A stretch of 64,000 nucleotides of DNA. Source: Paraphysomonas bandaiensis. Taxonomy: Eukaryota > Protista > Chrysophyceae. A program made the position numbers and the translations under genes. This document shows, piece after piece, positions 30,508 through 44,602 of this stretch (position 1 is its first letter; every line of letters begins with the position of its first letter). The notes under the pieces are model-generated. The model did not search any database and had not been told where the DNA came from. It was given only the letters and a program-made list of their open reading frames with translations. Where the stretch lies: NCBI GenBank assembly GCA_965644295.1, contig CBFFRP010000255.1, forward strand, positions 202,281-266,280, read 5' to 3'.

Positions 30508-32037
30508 ATGGCCAATGAAAGCAGCTGTCTTCCTGCCTCTGCTCCGGCTGATGCCGATACCAAAAATCGAATTAACAAACTTATCGGCTATGTTGTTAGA
30601 AACGGCCAGGAATTCGAAGATATGGTTCGTAAAAAAGAGGAATCTAACCCAAAGTTTAGTTTCCTGCAAGGTGGAGAGCATTCTGCATACTATAAATGGG
30701 CGCTATTCTGCTCTAGGCGCCATTACAGTGATGAGGAGGTTCGTCGAATCGAAGCCTCCCATTGCAATAGACTCAAGGAAGTCCCACCTGGATCACTCGA
30801 ACTCACACCAGAAGATAAGCAGTCGTTTAAGTCCATGCTTGCTAATAATACTGGATCAAAAGAATGTGTGAAAGGACTTAGGAAATGGACGGCTTTACGG
30901 TCACATTCAATGGTGTCTATAGCTGAAGAAATGCAACTCTTTGCAACTACGGTACCATACGGATCAACACCCCAAGCAGTTGTTTTTACAAAACTTCTTC
31001 ATATGGTATACGTAGTGAATGATATATTTTTCAACCGATCCTCTGCTACAATGCGTGGTCCCTATACTGATATTTTAGGAAGTGAATGGGACGCCCCTGC
31101 GGTTGATGTGGTGTCCTGCTTTTATCCCCGACTATCTCAAATAATGCGAGATGCATATACACATGCAGTGGAAGAAAGTGGGAAACAAAAGCTTGTTCGT
31201 ATTATTGATCTATGGGTTGCGAAGGGGTTTTTGGTTGCTGACCAACGCGACACTCTGTTGAGTGCTATGCGGTCATCCGAAGTGCCGCCTCCGCCTTCGA
31301 CCAAGTTGCATTCTCCCTACCCATTGGATCTTCCAGCTCCTCCAGCTCCTCCAGGACCACCTCTTCAGCCTCCTCCTCCACTACAAGTACCTAGTCCAAA
31401 CTTACCGTGCCCTCCTGGACCCTTTGCTGCCGGTGGTCCTCCCCCCCCACCAGGCTTACCCCCACCTCCTGCTCCTCTTTTCAAAGTAGACTTACGCACA
31501 TGCTCAGTGGGAACCATGGTAAATGTCATTAGAGCTGCTCTGGCTGTGGGACAGAAAAAATATTCTCCCTTGCCAGCAACTGCTGCTCATCACACACCCT
31601 CTCCCTATGTTGAGCCTGGCAGACTGGAGGCGAGGGTGGGTGAGTACTACAGGAAAGTTAATAAAGTTTTAGGGAGGGAGGATGTCGACAATCATCAATG
31701 GGGAAGGGGTGCGACCAGAGACAGAAGCGATTCCGTGGATGAGAGCAACATCGCTAAAAGATCTAAATTGAGTGCTCATGAGAGCAGACCAGCAGAAGTT
31801 ATTGCCGACGACAACGTCGGGCACACTATGTTACGAGGTCTTGGGTGGCAGAAAGGAGGTGGCCTTGGTGCGAATGGCTCTGGTGTAGTTGATCCAGTGC
31901 AACCTCAAGGTAATGCCGACAAAAGGGGTGTGGGTGCTGGGAATTCTTCATCTGGGTTGGGCAGTAGTGAATACTTAGAGTATCGTGGAATGATGAGTTC
32001 TGATTACAAAACAAGATTTGCAGATCGCCATAGCTAA
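30508..32037 (+). CDS. CHERP: CHERP-like splicing factor (SURP, CID-like, Pro-rich, G-patch)
   Basis: SURP (INKLIGYVVRNGQEFE..NPKFSFL), CID-like LHMVYVVND, G-patch NVGHTMLRGLGWQKGGGLG, C-terminal EYLEYRGMMS. Confidence 0.78.
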   Translation: MANESSCLPASAPADADTKNRINKLIGYVVRNGQEFEDMVRKKEESNPKFSFLQGGEHSAYYKWALFCSRRHYSDEEVRRIEASHCNRLKEVPPGSLELTPEDKQSFKSMLANNTGSKECVKGLRKWTALRSHSMVSIAEEMQLFATTVPYGSTPQAVVFTKLLHMVYVVNDIFFNRSSATMRGPYTDILGSEWDAPAVDVVSCFYPRLSQIMRDAYTHAVEESGKQKLVRIIDLWVAKGFLVADQRDTLLSAMRSSEVPPPPSTKLHSPYPLDLPAPPAPPGPPLQPPPPLQVPSPNLPCPPGPFAAGGPPPPPGLPPPPAPLFKVDLRTCSVGTMVNVIRAALAVGQKKYSPLPATAAHHTPSPYVEPGRLEARVGEYYRKVNKVLGREDVDNHQWGRGATRDRSDSVDESNIAKRSKLSAHESRPAEVIADDNVGHTMLRGLGWQKGGGLGANGSGVVDPVQPQGNADKRGVGAGNSSSGLGSSEYLEYRGMMSSDYKTRFADRHS

Positions 32038-32679
32038 GCTCACTTGCTTTTTAGTAATCGATGTTGCATGCTGAACTGATATACCACTTAGTTATTAATT
32101 AGTATCTGTATTAATACATAATTATCCCCATTTTGTCTCGAAGAAGTGTTTATTAGCCTGAATCAGGTTCAACAGACCGCTCATATTAACACCAGGAAAA
32201 TATACACATTCAACTACAATATTAGGTTCAAACAGATACCATCACTTCTGAAAATAAGTTATCTTTATAACTTATAACCATGACTTCGCAGCAACTTCAA
32301 GAATTAGGAGTAGTGACATCCAGTCCTCTCAGGGTGGTACCTATCAGTCTATCAGAATGGTGTGCTTATCAGGATGACATTCGCGTCATTTGCACTTGAC
32401 TTGTACTTATAAATGTGATTATGCCAACGGCATCAAAATGCCTCGCGTATACGACAGCAGGGTTTCCACATGCGATATTATTGGCATAATGCAATGTGAT
32501 CTAGAATTTTGTTGCATACATTGAAGCATAGCGATGTTTTTTCTAGTACACAAAATACTAATTTAAAGAACTACGGTATGAATTAATGTCGTTTCATACT
32601 TATATATTTCTTATTAGCAAATTATTATAGTAGGTGCAAAGAACCTTAAAATGATATCACTCGGTTCCATTTAATAATG

Positions 32680-33384
32680 CTACCTTTGATTAATTGCAAA
32701 AAAAGCGACTCCTACAACACTGATAATGCCCATACAAAACCCAGACCCAGCCATCCATTTAAACTTTTTTTGGTCATTTAAGGAACTATCGAGGTGGTGC
32801 TTCGTCTTCCGAAGCTCCTGTAAAAGTAAGTCTCTTTCCCTCCTCGTCGATTCCAGCTCCATATTCATTTGGTCAATAACTACTTTTCGGGCATTAAGTG
32901 CTTCAGTTGTAACTACAGCATTTGCGGATCGTGATACAGCATCATATATCATACCAAACTGATCAGTCTTCGCCATGCGCTCTGCTGTTTGCTTTGCACA
33001 GACTTCGATTTCCACTATCACACCTTCTTTCTTCCTATCTACTAACGCAGATATATCAGCAATATGCTTCTGTAAATGCGCTTTAATAGCATCATCATTA
33101 GCCACAAATGAAGGAAAATACACGTTCATTTCGCGTCTCAGTAATTGAGGTATATCACTTGTAATGTACTCGTTGACAACCTTTCGCGCCATATCCGGGA
33201 CTCTCTCACTGATACGAGAATCACACTTCCTCATAAGATCCGACCATATGTCCCATTTATCGAGCTCTCTCACCCAGAACTCTTTGTTCTGTTGTTTCTG
33301 CAGTTCTTCACGGGCGGCATTCTTCGCTACTTCTATAATCACATTCTGATTTAAAGGGAGAGAAGGGTCTGAATATTCAGGCAT
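32680..33384 (-). CDS. Intronless hypothetical helical protein with C-terminal transmembrane anchor
   Basis: 234-aa ATG-initiated ORF with a hydrophobic tail WMAGSGFCMGIISVVGVAFFAI. Confidence 0.75.
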   Translation of the reverse strand: MPEYSDPSLPLNQNVIIEVAKNAAREELQKQQNKEFWVRELDKWDIWSDLMRKCDSRISERVPDMARKVVNEYITSDIPQLLRREMNVYFPSFVANDDAIKAHLQKHIADISALVDRKKEGVIVEIEVCAKQTAERMAKTDQFGMIYDAVSRSANAVVTTEALNARKVVIDQMNMELESTRRERDLLLQELRKTKHHLDSSLNDQKKFKWMAGSGFCMGIISVVGVAFFAINQR

Positions 33385-33679
33385 ATCTCACTCGGGGTGG
33401 TGCAGATAGGAGAACCACTGCACTGGATCATATATATGCTGTGTATATATGTGTGTGTACACGACTCATGATACCATATCCCACTGCGGCATCCCATATA
33501 TGGGATACAGTTATCCCTACTGGAGTACAGCCGTATACCATACTATACCGTACTCCAGCTCATAGGCATCTGCAGATAGATACAGCAGACTCAGGCTAGT
33601 GATGCAACACTCCGCACCCCCTCAGCCCTCTCCCTTGAAAGCACAACCACGTGTTGTCCTGTAGCAATCTCTCTACTTG

Positions 33680-34805
33680 ATGTTATCCTCCCCCCTAGTG
33701 GTTGCAGGCGGGGCCATAGGACTGATATCTCTCTCTCTCCTTCCTAAACTATTAGCATATCAGGAGACAGACTACATCTCATGGGACGACACAGCACCAC
33801 ACTGGTTTGCTAGAGTATACTTTGGAAGCATATTCCGATTCTGTAAGTTCTGGAATGACTTCGAAGTGCATGGGTTGGATAAAGTGCCGTCTAATAACTG
33901 TCTGTTGGTCGGCTATCACAGTCGATGTACACTCGATGTATTCATGGCCACCTCATATATTCGACCATCCACCATAATATCTTACATGTCAGTACGATAC
34001 TGAACAAGTGTTATTGTTTTTCACATTTTTTAGGTTCTATACTGTTCCTGGAATAGAGTGGATGCTGAATGCTCTTGGTTGCTTACCGAATCGAACGAAA
34101 AGACACGGCTCTCCAGAAGAAACCTTTATCAACACAGTTGTTCACGGGAGTAAACCTGTACTTTTGCTACCAGGTGGCGCACATGAGTGTGAAAAAATGA
34201 TGAATGAGCGGTATCAGATAAAGTGGAAAGAGGAGCCTGGCTTTGCCCGCATTCTTCTGCGGTCACCTGACCGTCCGGGAGCTAACACCAGCGTTGTCCC
34301 ATTTTACACTAACAATTGCGAAGAACTCTACTACACTACTCAGTGGTGGCATGATACAAGTGGGCAGTTAATGCGAAATGGGTTGAAGGCGGTACGCCAA
34401 GGAAGCTTCTGGTTAGTACCAGCAATGACTGTTCTCGGCCTGTTTTCTCTAGGATTATTTCTAGTGCCACGCTCAGTCAAGGTAGATCTGTACTTTGGAA
34501 ACCCTGTTGTTCCTCGACCTAATGAATCGCCGAAATCATTTGCCGCTCGGGTGAGTGATGCTGCGCAGGAGTTAATGGATTCTGTACGTGCCAAGCATCA
34601 ATCTAAAGAATACCAGGATACTGAGAGGACTAGAGTATCAAAGTACTTGCGCTATCCACTTTACGGTATATATATAATTGTTCAAAATTCTGCGATAGCT
34701 CTAGGTATTATATTCGTGAATATATGCATATTACCCTTTGCTATGCTACTACAATTTGTGTCGAAAATGTTTTTTAGAAAAGCCACACATTCTAAATCAG
34801 CTTAG
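33680..34805 (+). CDS. TMEM68/DIESL-like (PlsC/DGAT2-related) acyltransferase; 2 exons
   Basis: EVHGLDKVP, LLVGYHSRCTLD, LLPGGAHE, YQIKW..PGFA, VVPFYTNNCEE; intron 33988-34033. Confidence 0.8.
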
Positions 34806-35281
34806 GTATGTAGTGTGGTGTGAGCTGGCATCTTAGACAGCCACAGTGTGTAATCAATGAATATAAGAACGACTTTACATTAAAGACTGTACTGAATTAG
34901 TCAACTGGCGTTATAACTACATTAGAGAATAGAAGTCATTTAGATGATATATTTTCTCACTGTCCATTTTTTCTAAGGCGGGAGGCCAAACATAGTTGCA
35001 TTAGAAAAGAAGAATGCCCAACATATAGTAACTAAATTGTGATCAGCACACGATATTTTGTTGAAGTACGTCAAGCTATAGTAACTTTTTACTTAAAGAG
35101 TACACCGCTAAAAGTATAATATCTGCTCGTATCCCACTGGTGTTCAACTCTCTACTTCCTTCCAGGATTTTTCTCTGCTACTGGCTAAAAATGAACCTTC
35201 CCCCACCAGTAAATCAAAACTTTTTGCAGGGCCTTCACCCACATATAAGGGAAGGCCACCAAAGCATTATATCACAGTTCT

Positions 35282-35501
35282 CGCTCAATAAAGTCGGACT
35301 CACACCTTTTCATGGTGTTCTGGAGATTAAGTACCTAACGTAAACCGAATACATAGTCAACAGATAATTTTCTGTCGACTCATAGCCAAATGCTTGTGTG
35401 GTACAAGAGGACACAAGCAACTTTCTAAGTGTTTTATAGTAGGATATTAAAGTTAATCACTGACTCTTAAACGCCTATTGCTAATATAAAGACATTCACT
35501 A
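35282..35501 (+). mobile_element. Retroposon copy C, internally deleted
   Basis: 11-bp TSD ATCACAGTTCT at 35271-35281 and 35502-35512; both termini homologous to copies A and B. Confidence 0.85.
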
Positions 35502-36559
35502 ATCACAGTTCTGTGACGCACTCGTTGGAACGAGTGCCCTAAAGTTTTAATCGTTACTTTTTGAGCCCAATGCTGCAAATTTTTCATGACCATATTTCAA
35601 AAATACAAGATAACGGGGAATATTTTCAGACTGATACGATATTGGAGCTCAATACTGTCACTAAGCTGAATTCGGTAACAAGAGGATAGATTCTGATTCT
35701 AATATGGTTTTAAGATAAGTTAGTCCTGCGAATTTCATTATGACACCGAATGCGTGTATTACATGATGCAGAAGAAAGAACTGCCACACTACGGAAGCTT
35801 AGTGCTTCAAAAGCATTTCATGTCCCTTGTACCACTACCTGTCATAAGTAGCTAGAAACTACAGTGTGTTTCATTAATAGTAATATATATATATTTAAAG
35901 TGATATTATATTGCATCTAATCATGTGTTGTCTGTGTATAATATATAGTTACACGTTGATGTGAGATTTTCATAAGTATTATTACAGTAGATTTATTATA
36001 TATTTTTTCTTCTTGATATAATATGTAAACTTTTGTCAAGTAGTGTTGAGATTAAAAATTATAATTTTGTCTTGAAAGTACGTTGTGTGTAAGCAAGGTT
36101 CAGGTTTACGAGCAATGCAAGGTCAATTTTGCTCAGTGTAATGTCCAATTCTATCATGGTAGCAAAGGAAGAAGACAATCAGTTGCTGAAGTTTGACAAG
36201 TGTCAAGCTGATGTATCATGTATCAGCAGCTCTGAAGTGTCCAATTCGGACTCTGTGAAACTAAACTTCACAGAAAGGAAGCCATTCCCCAAATGGACAC
36301 TCAAAAGTACCAACAGTGATATCAGTCAAGTAGAAAGGTGTTGTTCAGCCGGGATAATATATTAAGACTGATTTCTATTTAAAACTGCTGCTTTCTAGCT
36401 AACTAAATGTGCGAGGGTTTTAAAATAACAAATACATCAACTAGTAGTCCTTAGATTAATAAGTGTATAAGTGTGATACACATGATATTTAATTTGGAGT
36501 TCAGGACAAAGTGGATACTATATACTTCTACACACAATTCAATGGAAACATCTAAATTT

Positions 36560-39377
<2,818 letters not shown>

Positions 39378-39776
39378 TTGTTTGAGTATAGTTGATTTAA
39401 GAGTTCATGCGGATGTTAATGATACTCATCTAATCTGAGGAACAAACCACCCCCACCCATACACACATATGCATATAGGACCGTACACATGCACATCTGT
39501 ACATGTGTACTGACATATAGTAGTACAGTACAGAGGTACATATATACATAAAATTGGCAGAACTGAAAACTGTTGGCGGTTATTTGTATGAATGTTGTTG
39601 CTATGTGTTTGAAATCAATGCAAAGGTTGATGTTTGCACTGCATGGTCACTAGAGTATGGTATGAGATGACTTCATGAATGGAATTTTTGTGAATTGTGA
39701 AAATACTTTCATTGGAGGCGTTCCTCTGAGTGGATAATTGGCACTTAGACACTTACAGAATTAGTTGTATCTTGAT

Positions 39777-41402
39777 ATGGCGAAAAACTCCCCACCAAGA
39801 GTCTCCTCGGGTGGAAGCGTAGATCTGGATGAGTAAGTAGTGGACATGCAGATTTGAATAGTGTATGATATATTTGTGTTAATATAAAGAAATATAAAGA
39901 AGCTGATCGCGAAGCACAAAACACTAAAGAAAAGAAGCCACCTCGACAATGAGGTATCGAGGAACAATCTGTTGTTGAGAAAGTATGATACTTGTAGGGC
40001 TCTTGCTCTTAAAGCGGTATGTTAAACGCACCTTCCTCACAAAGTACTTATCTTTTGATTAGAGAGCGAAGGCGGAAGAGGCGCGCAGAATTAAAAAAAA
40101 TACTGCGAAGATTGCTGAACAAGAAGACAAAGAATTTATGGAGAGGGTATCAAGTGCGAACTTTTCTGTTGATGTGTTAGCTTCTCCTCAACGTGGAAAG
40201 ATGAGACCCAGAAGTGCCCCTGCCACCCGCAACAGTAGGAACACCTCTAATAGCGAAAAAGCGTATGGTCTCTCCCCGCCACCTACCCCTCCGAGTGCAA
40301 CCCCCGTTGTTCCAGGACCTTCTTCTTCACCAATGAGGTCGAGATCTCCTACTGGATCTACTTACAACCCCGACCAGTGGTGGTATGACACACATTTGCA
40401 GGGAAGTGGATCCCGGTCTAAATTACGTCCTAGCTCTGCGAATGGTACGAGAAGGCCAAAGTCAGGGAAGTCTACAAGCAGGACGGGTAAATATGATAAC
40501 GAAATGTCTCGTGAAGAGCTCAAGGACCACTTAAGGGTATGTTGAAACATGCTTAATACAGGGTGCAGTTTTGTAATTGCTTTGGTGTGTAGTCGACTCG
40601 TGGTATGCGACCAAAACGTGTTCCTCCCTCTGTGCATCTCAGAAACTACCGCCAAAAGCAACAGGAGCATCTGGACACCATTGCAGCTGTTGTGATGGAA
40701 GAAGCCTTTGTAATGGAATCTCGGTGCGTTCCACGTATTGATCATTTATTGGCTATATTGACTAGTTGCAGGGCATACGCCTGCGTTGAGGAGGCGAACG
40801 CTTATTGTAAGGCTCTGGGTCTCAAGAGGCGATACAGTGTGTATGCCCGCAATGCACAAGAAAATGCTCATAACAGGACAATGGCCAAGGCAGCGAGTGC
40901 ACCTTTGTTGGGTGTGACTGCGGCGCAAACAAGGGCGGAGATGGAGAAGACCGTAGGAAGTGGAGCTGGTGCACGCATTGAACGCATGATGATTGAAGTG
41001 ATGGGACAACCCGGGGAGCCTACACAGCTGCTATCGCTGAGTAAATTCTACAGCGAGCATGATAAGCTACAAATGGAAGTTCGAAGGCGCAGAAATTTAA
41101 TGCCATCAAACCAACGCGCACAGGAAATGAGAAACGAAAAGGAGGAGGTAAAATCGAAACAGAACAACCTCGTGAAGCGACGGGGCATTAAACAAGGCTC
41201 TATCCAAATGGATGGGGATACGAATATAGCTGCAATCACAAGCAAGAAGAAAAGTAAACATCCAACGGATGTTAAGTTAAGTAAAGCTGAGACGGAGGAG
41301 CATTTAAATAGAATTTTAGCTGAAACTAAGGATGTCACCAAAGTACTGGAAGATCAGCTTCGAGAGCTTCAAACAAGGGGCTGGAACGAAAATATATTGT
41401 AG
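39777..41402 (+). CDS. Uncharacterised basic, low-complexity/coiled-coil protein; multi-exon
   Basis: ATG at 39777; short GT-AG introns link it to ORFs 40138-40545 and 40605-41402; RPRSA/RPSSA motifs. Confidence 0.7.
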
Positions 41403-41729
41403 TGTTGCCTTATGTGTAGAATGTACATATAGTTGACAGTGTCGTATGACTACTTTCGTGAAATATGCGATTATGGTATGGTTGCTGGTCATTTATTTTA
41501 ATCGAATTCTTTCTGGATTATTGAGCAGAGATTATCTTAATAATAAACTTCATGCGTAGACGCGTAAGGTAGTTCGTTCGATCGCACTGTGTTTGGTTCC
41601 AGAAATGTCATTCGTACAACGAGATGTCACATCATGTAAATTCTAAACAATTACGACATCTAACCACCAATCATACACCATACTCATAACTTGGTACTGC
41701 ACTGAAGATTAGTTTATAGATATTTATCA

Positions 41730-41824
41730 CCCTCAACAAAGTCGGGCTCGCACCTTGTCGTGGTGTTCTGAGGTCTGAGGGATAAGTACCGGAGAGATTC
41801 TCTCTGGGAAACTAACGTGAGCCC
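41730..41824 (+). ncRNA. Putative HDV-like self-cleaving ribozyme at the retroposon 5-prime end
   Basis: Manual fold: P1 CCCTCA/TGAGGG, P2 GGGCTCG/TGAGCCC, P3 CAC/GTG with loop CTTGTC, P4 CCGGAGAG/CTCTCTGG, J4/2 containing CTAA. Confidence 0.65.
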
Positions 41825-42236
41825 CAAACATAGTAGATATTCTTCTGTCCACTCATAGCTGAATGCTTGTGTGGTACAAGGGACACCAATAAGTGTCACT
41901 TGTGTAGACGTCTTTGGGCCCTGACGAATAAACAGGCATCCGGGAATGGGCCCACCTCAAGGGCATCCGGGATAGGGCCCACCTGAAGGGTAACCGGGGT
42001 ATTGGGCTGCCTGCTGAAGTCAAGCATCCGGGATATTCACCTTAAGAACTCAGAGCGTAAGTGGTCGCACCTTGGTGCTTGCGGCGACGCACAAGCAGCT
42101 TCCGTAGCCTTAAAAAAATGTAGGAAGTGTGCATTGATTAGTTACAGGTAGAGGTCTAACTAGTTTGTCTAGCATTCATCTAGCTACTAAGTTGGTGCAG
42201 GTTTTTAAAGCCTATTGCTAATAATAAGACTTTCAA
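41730..42236 (+). mobile_element. Retroposon copy B (most complete)
   Basis: 15-bp TSD TATAGATATTTATCA at 41715-41729 and 42237-42251. Confidence 0.92.
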
Positions 42237-42627
42237 TATAGATATTTATCATGCGTAAGAGTTGTAACTTGTAACCTATCAATGTAGCTATAGTCAGGAG
42301 TAATACAGGAGGATAATGGTTATTAGACTTTGATTGATTTTGAAAACTCATACAGCGAATTTTACTGAAGTATACCTCTTTATTTATCGTGTCTGCCCCA
42401 CAGCAAATTTTCATGTATATTATATCTTGGTAGTTCCAGGTTACAATATACTACAAACTGAAAACTGACGTTCTGACAACTATTGAGTATTGAATGCTCC
42501 TTTCTGAGTGCGTACTTAGGTAGACCACTGAGTATATTTATTTCGATCATGAGAGTTAAGCTTGGCGGTGAATAAGATGATTTTAACGGAGCACTGATTT
42601 TTTAAATACAAAAACAATATCACAGTA

Positions 42628-44175
42628 TTAATATGCAATGGATGTAGTATCCAATAAAACTATATCTGAAGTATCTACAGTGTACTGACGAAAAATTCTC
42701 CGAAATGAAACATCAGTGGCATTCGCTGCTGCAGGAAAATTAGTATACCACCACTTAGACGCCACGGGAATATCGACTGTTTCTCGTAGCTGTTCGCCCG
42801 TGTACAGGTCCCAGGGGTCATTAGCCAATACTCCACCAGCTTCATAGAATATACTGCTTTGTCCTTCCCTTTCTCCTCCATCTGCGACTTGTGGTACAAT
42901 TGGCTCCCACTTGCTCGAATTGGTTGAGTTAGTGTGTACACTAAATTCTACCCCACCAAACTCGAATAATAAGTGTCTATCATCAGCAAATGCGATCTGC
43001 TCTAGTACAATACTTTTTGTAAACTTTCCACTTCCCCCCGTATCACCGCTGTGGTCACTCGACACCCTTGCGAACTGCCACTCACCAGAAGAGATAGCGT
43101 CAGTAGCAAGCTCTGTATTCCGGGCAGAGTCAGTTTCCAGACGACCAGGAAACCATTCGTCTGTAGTGATGTCATAGCGGTACAACTGACCCATCACTGT
43201 TTGGCTAGCCTTGCACTTGGGTCCGCCGCAAGCACCACCACTACCTATTCCACCGTAAACGAGCAGGCCATCACCTCTTTGTGTTGGCACAAGATGTGCA
43301 TGGTGTAGTGGAGGAGGCAAAAATCCTGAAAGTGAACCTGAGTTTGCTGAGCGCTGCTCCCAGGTAAATGTATCAAGATGGAAAGACCACATGTCATTGT
43401 ATGTTATATGTGAATTGTGGTCCATACCGCCAAATACCCAGAGGTGACGGGCATAAATTGCACTCGCAAAATGCTGTCGCCCACTCGGCAAACTACTGCT
43501 ACGAGTATTTGCCAAGGTCCACGTGTGAAGCCTAATATCAAATATCCACACATCATTAACACTCGACACAGTAACACCAGAGTGTGAAGATTCTGCACGC
43601 CCGCCGAAGAGAAATATTCGCCCGTCAAGACTATGTAGAGAGTGTCCGGCACGCCTACTCGGCCACGATGAAGCTACTTGTGTAACAGATGCCCACTTTA
43701 ACATTGATGGGTCAAACATAAAAAAATCATTCATCAAACCAAATTCAGAGACTCCCCCAAACATATACATAAGGTCGTCAACTCCTGTGCTAGCATGCTC
43801 TGCCCTTGCTGCAGGAACACCACCCTCGAAACCAATTTGTAAATCAAAAACCGAGCCGTCGGTATACGTTCCCAATCTATCCACAACTTTTAGGGCACCA
43901 TTGCAACATTCTAGTCGCGTTAAAGCACCAGTCCATGTTTGAAAACGAACGTCATACATATGTAAGTCATCCAAGTAATTCTCTTGTGCAGACACTCCAC
44001 CATGAACGATAACATAGGGTTTAACATATGCAAGTGTATGATGAACTCTTGGGAGTGGCAAATCTCCACCGAAGTTATATAAATTACCTTCATTAATAAG
44101 ACTGTCAACAGGGTAGAGGGCATCGCAGTACACAACACTCTCGCATAGCAGCACCAACAATAGACGCAACAGCAT
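42628..44175 (-). CDS. Kelch-repeat beta-propeller protein with predicted signal peptide
   Basis: Repeats PRVHHT..VHGG, ARAEHA..MFGG, RRAGHS..LFGG, GRQHFA..VFGG; N-terminus MLLRLLLVLLC. Confidence 0.88.
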   Translation of the reverse strand: MLLRLLLVLLCESVVYCDALYPVDSLINEGNLYNFGGDLPLPRVHHTLAYVKPYVIVHGGVSAQENYLDDLHMYDVRFQTWTGALTRLECCNGALKVVDRLGTYTDGSVFDLQIGFEGGVPAARAEHASTGVDDLMYMFGGVSEFGLMNDFFMFDPSMLKWASVTQVASSWPSRRAGHSLHSLDGRIFLFGGRAESSHSGVTVSSVNDVWIFDIRLHTWTLANTRSSSLPSGRQHFASAIYARHLWVFGGMDHNSHITYNDMWSFHLDTFTWEQRSANSGSLSGFLPPPLHHAHLVPTQRGDGLLVYGGIGSGGACGGPKCKASQTVMGQLYRYDITTDEWFPGRLETDSARNTELATDAISSGEWQFARVSSDHSGDTGGSGKFTKSIVLEQIAFADDRHLLFEFGGVEFSVHTNSTNSSKWEPIVPQVADGGEREGQSSIFYEAGGVLANDPWDLYTGEQLRETVDIPVASKWWYTNFPAAANATDVSFRRIFRQYTVDTSDIVLLDTTSIAY

Positions 44176-44602
44176 GATACAATACTTCTCTGAAATTACA
44201 TGGACATGCCCTCGTCGATATCTAATCCAGTCATCAAGAGAGTGCAGCACTGTGGTTGCTGACTATATATGTATATATGTACCATATGCTGAGGAGCCAC
44301 AACGGATCTTGCTTGGAGAAACTGCTCCTTTTAATACGGGATGATAATACCGCGGTATTATTGACCCTCATACAAGCCGGTGTACTTGCAAACAGAGAAT
44401 ACACCAAACATGACCATTTTTTTGTGAGGGTGGACCGCCATATGAATGTACTACGAACTGTATATGTCGGTACTGTACCGCAGAAACTGGTAGGCACATG
44501 CCATGGATCAATTCTTCCCGCATCTTTGCACTGGCTGATTACGGCAGAGTTGAAAGGGGAAATATTTAATAGGGATCCCACTAGGAATCGGCGGACTGAG
44601 AT

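Noticed and set aside
32140-32240. GGTTCAA B-box-like words suggesting tRNA genes
   Set aside because: No cloverleaf or A box can be built; no tRNA, rRNA or snRNA was recognised anywhere in the window.
36129-36365. 78-aa ORF in the convergent interval
   Set aside because: No recognisable motif or promoter-like context; cannot be supported as a gene.
41730-42236. Solo LTR, MITE or Fanzor/IscB omega-RNA interpretation of the 500-bp repeat
   Set aside because: No TG..CA ends or TIRs, no nearby nuclease ORF, and the TSD length varies between copies (11-15 bp).
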